A stretch of DNA of 22,060 bases from Pyrinomonadaceae bacterium (GTDB taxonomy: Bacteria > Acidobacteriota > Blastocatellia > Pyrinomonadales > Pyrinomonadaceae), in contig JAUZFQ010000280.1 of assembly GCA_030838445.1 (NCBI GenBank), positions 1 through 22,060 on the forward strand, read 5' to 3'. The notes beneath the pieces were generated by a model. It saw only the letters and a program-made list of their open reading frames with translations, did not search any database and was not told the origin of the DNA. Positions 15,534 through 22,060 of this stretch are shown piece after piece. Position numbers and translations under genes: made by a program. Numbering within the stretch: the stretch's first letter is position 1; each line of letters opens with the position of its first letter.

Positions 15534-16928
15534 ATGAAAACATCTCTGACGACCGACAACACGCGCGACACCATCGCCCGTCTGCAACAGGCCAACACGG
15601 AGTTTGCGCGCGTCTACCCCGGCGAGACCGGGCGACGCCAGCCCGTCCACACCGTCTACGGCGGCGCGCACCTCTTCAAGGCCGACACGCCCCGCCGCCT
15701 CGGCTCGCTCGCCCTGCGCTCACTCGAACAGTTCGCCCCCGACGCCGACGCCTTCGCGCGCGCCCTCGGCCTCTCGTTCGCCGCCGAAGGCTCGTCCGGC
15801 GATGAGTCAACATCCGCACTCGCGCGCACCATCTACGAGCGCGTGCGCGAGAAACTCGGACGCGAGCCGGTCGAAGATTTCCGCATTGACTTCGAGGACG
15901 GTTACGGCAACCGCCCCGACGCCGAAGAGGACGCCCACGCCGAGGCCGCCGCGCGCGAGGTGGCGCGCGGCGTGGAGGCGGGCACGCTCTCGCCCTTCGT
16001 CGGCATCCGCATCAAGCCCTTCACCGAAGAACTGCGCGCCCGCAGCCTGCGCACGCTCGACATCTTCGTCTCCACGCTTGCCGCCGAAATGGGCGGACGG
16101 ATGCCGCCGAACTTCGTCGTCACGCTGCCCAAGATCACCATCCCCGAACAGACCGCCGCGCTCGCTAGAATCTTCGATCTGCTCGAATCACAACTCTCGC
16201 TCCCCGCGGGCACGCTCAAGTTGGAGATGATGGTCGAGACTACACAGTCAATCATCAACCGCGACGGGCAGGCCAACCTGCCGCTCCTGCTCGCCGCCGC
16301 GCGCGGCCGCTGCACCGCCGCGCACTTCGGCACTTACGACTACACCGCCAGTTGCAACATCACGGCCGCGCACCAGCACATGCTTCACCACTCCTGCACG
16401 TTCGCCAAGCTCATGATGCAGGTCGCCTTCGCGGGCACGGGCGTCTGGCTCTCCGACGGCGCGACCAACATCATGCCCGTCGCCCCGCACCGCGCCGCCG
16501 AAGGCGCGCCGCTCACACCCGCGCAGGAAGCGGAGAACCAACGCACCGTCCACCGCGCGTGGCGCATCCACTACGAGCACGTCGAACACTCGCTCACCGG
16601 CGGCTTCTATCAGGGCTGGGATTTACACCCCGCCCAACTCCCCACCCGCTACGCCGCCGTCTACGCCTTCTTCCTACAGAGCCTCGACGCCGCAAGCGAG
16701 CGCCTCCGCAACTTCGTCGAGAAGGCCGCCAAGGCCACGCTCGTCGGCGACGTGTTCGACGACGCGGCAACAGGTCAGGGCTTGCTCAACTATTTCCTCC
16801 GCGCCATCAACTGCGGCGCGATCACAGAGGAGGAAGCCTTACAGCGTTCCAGCCTCACGCTCCCCGAACTGCGCTCCGGCTCGTTCGTCAAAATTCTCAA
16901 CAACCGTCAGAACCTGTCGAGCACTTAG
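15534..16928 (+). CDS. CitE/HpcH-HpaI-like (PEP/pyruvate-binding TIM-barrel) lyase-fold protein, function unknown
   Basis: I prefer the ATG at 15534 (GAAGG upstream); 15465 is an alternative. The blocks FRIDFEDGYG, LEMMVETTQS and AAHFGTYDYTAS resemble the E / E / D metal-binding and catalytic blocks of citrate-lyase-beta and malyl-CoA-lyase-type enzymes. This was read by eye only. Confidence 0.55.
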   Translation: MKTSLTTDNTRDTIARLQQANTEFARVYPGETGRRQPVHTVYGGAHLFKADTPRRLGSLALRSLEQFAPDADAFARALGLSFAAEGSSGDESTSALARTIYERVREKLGREPVEDFRIDFEDGYGNRPDAEEDAHAEAAAREVARGVEAGTLSPFVGIRIKPFTEELRARSLRTLDIFVSTLAAEMGGRMPPNFVVTLPKITIPEQTAALARIFDLLESQLSLPAGTLKLEMMVETTQSIINRDGQANLPLLLAAARGRCTAAHFGTYDYTASCNITAAHQHMLHHSCTFAKLMMQVAFAGTGVWLSDGATNIMPVAPHRAAEGAPLTPAQEAENQRTVHRAWRIHYEHVEHSLTGGFYQGWDLHPAQLPTRYAAVYAFFLQSLDAASERLRNFVEKAAKATLVGDVFDDAATGQGLLNYFLRAINCGAITEEEALQRSSLTLPELRSGSFVKILNNRQNLSST

Positions 16929-17174
16929 GCGGCTTCGCCCATGTCCGAGCAACACCTCTTGAGTTGACAGGACGCAAGTCTGGCCTTTGGCGCGTATGCA
17001 CACGATACGGAACGGCTTGATACCTTATCGTGCGGTGCGGGGCGTGTGGGTACTTATAAGGCGGCGATTTTTAAGTGTTTTCGTGTCCTGTGCGTGTGGC
17101 ACGGGGGTTGTTAGTCATTCCGTGAGTGTTCGCGATGATGCGAATTTCAGTTGAAAGTAGAGGGGTGATAAACG

Positions 17175-17636
17175 ATGAGAAGCAATAGTGGTTTGAAGAC
17201 GAAGGCGTTGATGTTTGCGATGGGTGCGTTCATGCTTGTGCCGACGGCGACGTTTGCGCAGGATTGGCGCTACGGTCAGGACAGGCGCGATGAGCGTCGT
17301 GACGACAGGCGCGACCGCCGTCAGGACAGGCGCGAAGACCGGCAGGAGCGACGCGAGGAACGCAGGGCGCGCCGCGGCAACAGCTACGACGGCTACCCGA
17401 ACTACGGCGGCACGTTCCAGCTTCGCCAGACGGCCTTGAACGCCGGTTACAACGAAGGCATCAAGGAAGGTCGCAAGGATCGTTCGCGCAACGAGCGTTA
17501 CGACTTCAGCGACGAGAGCGTCTACCGCAGCGGCACGAAGGACTACAGCTCGCGCCTCGGCGACCGCTCGCTGTACCAGCGCTACCTCCGCATGGCCTTC
17601 GAGAACGGCTACAACGACGGCTACAGCGGCTACTAA
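17175..17636 (+). CDS. Secreted protein with an Arg/Asp/Glu zwitterionic repeat and two GYN(D/E)G motifs
   Basis: Signal peptide KALMFAMGAFMLVPTATFA|QD. This is followed by DRRDERRDDRRDRRQDRREDRQERREERRARRG. The DNA contains GACAGGCGCGA three times. The C-terminal part contains AGYNEGIKEG and ENGYNDGYSGY. Confidence 0.7.
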   Translation: MRSNSGLKTKALMFAMGAFMLVPTATFAQDWRYGQDRRDERRDDRRDRRQDRREDRQERREERRARRGNSYDGYPNYGGTFQLRQTALNAGYNEGIKEGRKDRSRNERYDFSDESVYRSGTKDYSSRLGDRSLYQRYLRMAFENGYNDGYSGY

Positions 17637-17661
17637 AATTTAGCCGACAACATTACAAAGA

Positions 17662-17704
17662 CGAACGGGAGCGGGAGACGCGATTGTCTTCCCACTCCCG
17701 TTCG
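17662..17704 (+). terminator. Imperfect hairpin terminator
   Basis: CGAACGGGAGCGGGAGAC (17662-17679) pairs with GTCTTCCCACTCCCGTTCG (17686-17704), with one mismatch and one bulge. It is followed by CTTTAT. Confidence 0.55.
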
Positions 17705-17710
17705 CTTTAT

Positions 17711-17780
17711 GAGTTTCAAGTTTCAAGTTAAAGAACGAAAGAACCTCAGACTTGAAACTTGAAACCTGAAACTTGAAACC
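17711..17780. repeat. GTTTCAAG-type hairpin element, family H, copy 1
   Basis: GTTTCAAGTTTCAAGT (17713-17728) pairs perfectly with ACTTGAAACTTGAAAC (17750-17765). The 21-nt loop is TAAAGAACGAAAGAACCTCAG, and extra CTGAAACTTGAAACC units follow. It lies just past the 3' end of the puuD-like gene. Confidence 0.85.
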
Positions 17781-17801
17781 GTGTTCAGACCTGAAACTTC
17801 T

Positions 17802-18617
17802 TCACGCGCGCCGGATGAACTTGGCGGCCACCCAGCCGACGAGAATCAAGATTGAGAGGATGATCCAGTCGTAGCGGCTGCCGTAGGTGGCGGTCGGGAA
17901 GTGGTTGCTGATCATGGTGAAGACGACTGGCACGACCATGAACGTGTTCTGCTTGGAGCGGAGTTTGGCCTGCGCGCCGAGCCGCGCGTCGGGCGTCTCG
18001 CCCGCGCTCGTCGCGGCGATCATGCGGCGTTGCGCGGGGAGGATACGCATCCACACGTTGGCGACCATCAGCGTCCCCAACAGCGCGCCCATGTGGATGT
18101 AGGCGGCGCGCCCGCTCAGCGTGTGCGTCAACAGGTATGCGACGCCGACCAGGAGCGCGTAGGCGACGACGGCGAATGCCACCTCGTTGCGGCCGAGCGG
18201 CGAGAGCATCAACAGATCGTAGACGACCCAGCCGATGACGAGCAGCCCGATGCTGAACCCGATAGCGGCGGGCACGCTGATGTCTCGCACGTCCGGGTCA
18301 ACGAGCGCGCCGCCGAGGTAGTAGACGACGATGAGCAAGACCATCCCGCTCAGCCACGTCAACCCGGCCTCCCAGCGAAACCAGTGGAGCGTCTGTGTCC
18401 CCGGCTGCTTCTGTTTTTCCACCACGTAGAAGCCGCCGCTATGCACCATCCAGACCTGCGGCTTCTCGCCCACTGCCGTTGTCGCTTCGGCTTCGGAGAG
18501 GCGCGCGTCAAGCCAGGTGAAGTAGTAGGTCGTGCCGACCCAGAGGATGCCCGCGAAGACGTGAAACCAGCGCGCGAAGAGGTTGAGCCATTCGCTCGTG
18601 TTGGGGTCGAGTGTCAT
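17802..18617 (-). CDS. puuD: PuuD-like membrane urate oxidase domain protein (Urate_ox_N/DUF989-like), without a cytochrome c domain
   Basis: The N-terminus WLNLFARWFHVFAGILWVGTTYYFTWLDARL matches my memory of the conserved start of PuuD-family proteins. It is a multi-pass membrane protein. GGGAG SD. The start is 4 nt downstream of the uraH stop. The protein contains no Cys, so it has no CxxCH motif. Confidence 0.6.
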   Translation of the reverse strand: MTLDPNTSEWLNLFARWFHVFAGILWVGTTYYFTWLDARLSEAEATTAVGEKPQVWMVHSGGFYVVEKQKQPGTQTLHWFRWEAGLTWLSGMVLLIVVYYLGGALVDPDVRDISVPAAIGFSIGLLVIGWVVYDLLMLSPLGRNEVAFAVVAYALLVGVAYLLTHTLSGRAAYIHMGALLGTLMVANVWMRILPAQRRMIAATSAGETPDARLGAQAKLRSKQNTFMVVPVVFTMISNHFPTATYGSRYDWIILSILILVGWVAAKFIRRA

Positions 18618-18620
18618 TCG

Positions 18621-18962
18621 TTAACTCCCGCGATAGGTGGAATAGCCGAAGGGGCTGACGAGCAGCGGCACGTGGTAATGCGCCGCCGCGTCCGAGACGA
18701 TGAAGATGATCGAGACTTCCGGGTAAAAACTCTCGCCCCCCTGCGCCACGAAATAATCGGCCGTGTGGAACGTGAGTCGGTATGCACCCTCCCGCAAGTC
18801 GAACCCGGCAGGCAACAAATCTCTCAGCCGCCCGTCAGCGTCCGTCGTGCCCTGCCCTAACATTCCCCACGCCTCATACCCACGGACTTCGAGTGTGACG
18901 CGCACGCCCGCCGCCGGACGCCCGCGCGACGTGTCGAGAATGTGTGTGGTGATGGCGCTCAT
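18621..18962 (-). CDS. uraH: 5-hydroxyisourate hydrolase (transthyretin-like)
   Basis: A 113-aa protein. The N-terminal block is THILDTSRGRPAAGVRV, and the family-diagnostic C-terminus is YSTYRGS. Confidence 0.9.
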   Translation of the reverse strand: MSAITTHILDTSRGRPAAGVRVTLEVRGYEAWGMLGQGTTDADGRLRDLLPAGFDLREGAYRLTFHTADYFVAQGGESFYPEVSIIFIVSDAAAHYHVPLLVSPFGYSTYRGS

Positions 18963-18970
18963 AAGAAAAT

Positions 18971-19093
18971 AGTTTCAGGTTGAAGGTTTCAAGTTTCAAG
19001 TTTAAGACAAAGAACCAGAACCACAGTCCCGAACTTCCAAGTTAAAGAACGAAGAACCTCAGTCTTGAAACCTGAAACTTGAAACTTGAAACT
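18971..19093. repeat. GTTTCAAG-type hairpin element, family H, copy 2
   Basis: GTTTCAAGTTTCAAGTTT (18986-19003) pairs with AAACTTGAAACTTGAAAC (19075-19092). The interior carries the shared core GTTAAAGAACGAAGAACCTCAG. It occupies nearly all of the 139-nt uraD-uraH gap. Confidence 0.85.
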
Positions 19094-19101
19094 TTACCGC
19101 A

Positions 19102-19611
19102 TCAGGTCAACAACTTTTCCAGCCGGAGTTTTGTGATCTTGCTTTGTTCTTCGGCAGCGGTGCGGAGTTCCGCGCCCGGCTCGTTGGGGAGACGCGCATG
19201 CAGGAGCGCGAGCATCTCTGCGGCCGTCTTGCCCGTCGCGCAGACGATGAAGATGTGGCCGAACTTCTCCTCATAGGTGCGGTTGGCTGCGTCGAGTTCG
19301 TCGAGCGTCGCCTGCGCCGCGTCGCGCGCGCCCGCCTGTTCCTGCTCCGACCAACCTTCGGCCTGCGCGTGCTGCTCGCGCGCGGCCTTGCGCCCGCCGA
19401 TCTTCGGGTGCGCGGCGAACGCTTCGAGCCAGTCGCGCCCGCTCAAGCTCCACCACACGTCGTCGGCCGCCGCGAACAACTCCGTTGCGTCGCCGAACGG
19501 ACGCCGCGCCGCGAGCGCACGCGCCCACCGCGTCGAGCCGCAGCACTTGAGCAGTTCTGTCTCAGCCGCCGCCGCGTCCAAAGAGTTCAGGCGTTCGAGC
19601 GCTTCGATCAT
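19102..19611 (-). CDS. uraD: OHCU (2-oxo-4-hydroxy-4-carboxy-5-ureidoimidazoline) decarboxylase
   Basis: A 169-aa protein. The blocks AAHPKIGG and FGHIFIVCATGKTAAEML match OHCU decarboxylase family blocks, and the operon context supports the call. Confidence 0.85.
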   Translation of the reverse strand: MIEALERLNSLDAAAAETELLKCCGSTRWARALAARRPFGDATELFAAADDVWWSLSGRDWLEAFAAHPKIGGRKAAREQHAQAEGWSEQEQAGARDAAQATLDELDAANRTYEEKFGHIFIVCATGKTAAEMLALLHARLPNEPGAELRTAAEEQSKITKLRLEKLLT

Positions 19612-19615
19612 CTTG

Positions 19616-19706
19616 GTTTCAAGTTTCAGGTTTCAAGTTTCAAGTTCAAAGCCAAGACCAAGACGAAGAACCTCAGTCCTGAAACTTGAAACCTGAAACT
19701 TGAAAC
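19616..19706. repeat. GTTTCAAG-type hairpin element, family H, copy 3
   Basis: Perfect 27-bp stem: GTTTCAAGTTTCAGGTTTCAAGTTTCA (19616-19642) pairs with TGAAACTTGAAACCTGAAACTTGAAAC (19680-19706). The 37-nt loop ends in ..GACGAAGAACCTCAGTC. It fills the alc-uraD gap to the nucleotide. Confidence 0.9.
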
Positions 19707-20720
19707 TTATTCCTCTTCGACGCTCCCGTAGAGGCGCAGGCGACTGACGCCGCCGTCTGGGTAGATGTTGAAGCGCACGTGCGTGAGCGCGCCCGGCGCG
19801 TGTCGCAACTCGTCCGTGAAGTGGTGGCGCGTGTGTGCCTGCAACTTGGTGCGCGGCAGAATCTCCGTCCACGCGAGACTATCGAGCGCGCTTGCGTCGC
19901 CGCCATCAGCGGGCGCGTCCGCGCCTTCGAGCGAACAGCTTTCGGGAAAGTTGCCTTTGAAGTGAGACGTGTCAACTTCGACCTGATGAATCCGACCGCG
20001 CGCGCCGAGTTTGATGACGACCCAATCGTGGCCGGGGCCGCGTCGCCGCTTCGTCTCCCAGCCGTCGCTCATGTTGGCGGCGCGGCCGGGCATGATCAGA
20101 TTGTGGCGATGGCCGAAGAACATGTCGCTGCACGCGAGCACGAGTCCGCCCGACTCGACCGCCGCCAGATCAATGCGCCCGCCGCCCGCCGCCGCCGCGG
20201 TGCGCGCCCGGTCGGGCACGACCTCGCCGTAGACGCGCAGGCGCGCGACGCCGCCGTCCGGATAAATCTTGAAGCGCAGGTGCGTCGCGCGTTCGGTGTC
20301 TGCAATCGGAAACGGATTTTGCGAATCGCCGCGCAGGGCGGAGACGGGCAACACCTCGCGCCACTCGACCGCTTCGTCCAGCAGTTGCTCGATTGTGGGC
20401 TGGCCGTCCACGGCGCAGGCTTCGAGCGAACACTGCTCCGGGTAGTTGCCCTTGAAGAACGCGGTGTCAACGACGACGCCGCGAATGATACCGGGCAGGC
20501 CGAGCCGGATGACGCACCAGTCGAAGCCGGGCGTGCGCCGGCGGCGCGACTCCCAACCGTCCATCCACTTGCCGCGATCCGTGTACTCGCCTTCGAGGAA
20601 GACGGGCGCGCTCGCCTTCAACAGATTCTCCTTCGGCGCGAAGAAGTCGTCGTTGGCGTAAAGAACAGCGCCGCCCACGCGTTCAGCGGCCAGATCAACG
20701 AGTTCGGTAAAGTCCGTCAT
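19707..20720 (-). CDS. alc: Allantoicase
   Basis: Two internal allantoicase repeats are present (DGWESRRRR.. and DGWETKRRRGPGHDW..), with the repeated YPDGGV(A/S)RLR(V/L)YG. The start overlaps the allB stop (ATGA). Confidence 0.9.
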   Translation of the reverse strand: MTDFTELVDLAAERVGGAVLYANDDFFAPKENLLKASAPVFLEGEYTDRGKWMDGWESRRRRTPGFDWCVIRLGLPGIIRGVVVDTAFFKGNYPEQCSLEACAVDGQPTIEQLLDEAVEWREVLPVSALRGDSQNPFPIADTERATHLRFKIYPDGGVARLRVYGEVVPDRARTAAAAGGGRIDLAAVESGGLVLACSDMFFGHRHNLIMPGRAANMSDGWETKRRRGPGHDWVVIKLGARGRIHQVEVDTSHFKGNFPESCSLEGADAPADGGDASALDSLAWTEILPRTKLQAHTRHHFTDELRHAPGALTHVRFNIYPDGGVSRLRLYGSVEEE

Positions 20721-22060
20721 CGCTCCACACCTCGCGCGAGCAGAGCGCCCGCTGGTTCGTTCATAAACTCGCCGCGCTCGTAAATCTTCGCGCCGCGCAA
20801 ATAGGTCGCTTCAACTACGCCGCTCAAAGTTCGCCCCGCATACGGCGTCAACTTGTGACGATGCTCAAGCAACTCAGGCTCGACGCGAAACTGTTCGTCG
20901 GGTCGGAAGACGACGAGATCGGCGTCGCACCCGGCGCGAATCGCGCCCTTGCGCCCGTCCAACTCGACGAGACGCGCGGGCGCGGCGGCCACCCACTCCG
21001 CGACGCGCTCGATTGAATGGCCGCGCGCGCGCGCCTCCGTCCACACGGCGGGCAGGCGCAGTTGGAGCGAGGCGATGCCGCCCCACGCCTTGAGGAAGTC
21101 GCCCTCTTCGCGCCGCTTCAACTCCGGCGGGCACGGCGAATGATCGGAGACGATCATGTCGAGCGCGCCCGCGGCGAGCGCGTCCCAGAGTCGCTCGCGG
21201 TTCTCGCGCTCGCGCACGGGCGGGCAGCATTTAAATTCGGTCGCGCCGTCGGGCACGTCTTCCGCCGCGAACGTCAGGTAGTGCGGGCAGGTCTCGGCCG
21301 TGAACGGCAGCCCCTCGGCTTTCGCCGCGCGCAGCAGTTGGAGCGACGCGGACGACGAGTGATGCACGATGTGCGTGCGCGCGCCCGTCTCGCGGCACAG
21401 GCGCACCATCAAACGGACGGCTTCGTCCTCCGCCGCTTTGGGGCGCGACCGGAGAAACGTCTCGTAGCGACGCGCGCTGTTATCGTCGTCGTCGCCCGCG
21501 TGCTCGACGGCGGCGAGCGCAGCTTCAATCGGCGCGGGCGTCTCGGCGTGGACGATCAGGAGCGCGCCCATCTGTGCCAACTCCGGCATCGCCACGCGCA
21601 AGTCTTCTTCGGTGACGTGCGCGAACTCGTCAACGCCCGACGGCACGAGGAAACACTTGAAGCCGAACACGCCGCCCGCGTACATGCGCGGCAACTCCGC
21701 AGTGTTGCCCGGCACGACGCCGCCCCAGAAGCCCACGTCAACGTGACACTTCCCTTCTGCCGCCGCGCGCTTCGTCTCCAAATTCTCGCGCGTCGTCGTC
21801 GCCGGGATGCTGTTGAGCGGCATCTCGACGAGCGTCGTCACGCCCCCGGCCGCCGCGGCGCGCGTCGCCGTCTCGAAGCCTTCCCAGTCGGTGCGCCCCG
21901 GTTCGTTGATGTGGACGTGCGTGTCAACCAATCCCGGCAGGACGACCGCCGCGTCTTCAACTTCGACGAGCGGACGCCCGTGCGTCGTCCCGTCAAACTC
22001 CCCGACCATGACGATGCGACCCCCGCGGACGTGGATCGCCGCGGGCGCGCACCCGGCGGG
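20717..22060 (-). CDS. allB: Allantoinase, 5'-truncated by the window edge
   Basis: The amidohydrolase motif LPGLVDTHVHINEPGRTDWEGF is present, with later HAE, H.H and D.. blocks. The frame stays open beyond the listed ATG at 22009 to nt 22060 (..IHVRGGRIVMVGEFDG), which matches the usual allantoinase N-terminus. The true start therefore lies outside the window. Confidence 0.9.
   Translation of the reverse strand, partial: PAGCAPAAIHVRGGRIVMVGEFDGTTHGRPLVEVEDAAVVLPGLVDTHVHINEPGRTDWEGFETATRAAAAGGVTTLVEMPLNSIPATTTRENLETKRAAAEGKCHVDVGFWGGVVPGNTAELPRMYAGGVFGFKCFLVPSGVDEFAHVTEEDLRVAMPELAQMGALLIVHAETPAPIEAALAAVEHAGDDDDNSARRYETFLRSRPKAAEDEAVRLMVRLCRETGARTHIVHHSSSASLQLLRAAKAEGLPFTAETCPHYLTFAAEDVPDGATEFKCCPPVRERENRERLWDALAAGALDMIVSDHSPCPPELKRREEGDFLKAWGGIASLQLRLPAVWTEARARGHSIERVAEWVAAAPARLVELDGRKGAIRAGCDADLVVFRPDEQFRVEPELLEHRHKLTPYAGRTLSGVVEATYLRGAKIYERGEFMNEPAGALLARGVER

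Noticed and set aside
17901-20783. Long plus-strand ORFs across the urate operon (17901..18860, 19144..19689, 19779..20783)
   Set aside because: They lie antisense to puuD-like/uraH, uraD and alc, all of which have diagnostic motifs. Their composition is Arg/Ala/Asp-rich. ORF 19144..19689 ends inside the hairpin element (FKFQVSSFKFK is a translated repeat).
1-22060. tRNA, rRNA, tmRNA, transposase, integrase or defence-system genes (large ATPases, nucleases, cas, toxin-antitoxin partners of the XRE gene)
   Set aside because: - I saw no T-loop-type GGTTCGAATCC-like sequences or rRNA-like conserved blocks by eye.
- No ORF has recombinase, nuclease or NTPase motifs.
- The XRE gene has no adjacent toxin-sized partner apart from the speculative micro-ORF.
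- A tRNAscan/Infernal run would be needed to be definitive for RNAs.

Overview
This is a high-GC bacterial chromosomal segment. In 60-nt lines I counted by hand, typical coding DNA is about 68 % GC, against 37-48 % in the 8.3-8.6 kb and 9.4-10.6 kb stretches. I support about 23 protein genes and recognised no rRNA, tRNA, CRISPR array, transposase or integrase.

Content from left to right:
- 1-8.0 kb: an M28 peptidase (5'-truncated), two small unknown genes, infA, a glycine-rich RRM RNA-binding protein, an acyltransferase-3 membrane protein, a secreted HExxH/TPR protein, and a secreted protein with two fused retropepsin-like DTG domains.
- 8.3-11.2 kb: a lower-GC patch with a frameshifted micro-gene, a DUF1772-like membrane protein, an orphan CheY-like receiver, a small XRE-family HTH protein, a highly ordered 315-bp repeat array, and a coiled-coil protein.
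- 11.4-17.6 kb: a nicotinate phosphoribosyltransferase-like gene, a tiny Lys/Cys-rich protein, a membrane-anchored SGNH hydrolase, a small membrane protein, a CitE/HpcH-like lyase-fold protein, and a secreted Arg/Asp/Glu-repeat protein.
- 17.8-22.06 kb: a minus-strand uricolytic operon, allB-alc-uraD-uraH-puuD-like, 5'-truncated at the window end.

I do not see a convincing multi-gene protein machine of a new kind, such as a defence, secretion or RiPP cluster. The unexplained structure is non-coding:
1. A phase-locked 21/42-bp array of two alternating palindromic motifs whose main motif flips orientation mid-array, sitting next to the XRE gene.
2. A family of GTTTCAAG-based hairpin elements that fill the intercistronic gaps of the urate operon. 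One buries the uraD initiation region in a 27-bp perfect stem.
3. A second MITE-like inverted-repeat family with two copies.

All functional assignments rest on motifs read by eye. No database search was run.
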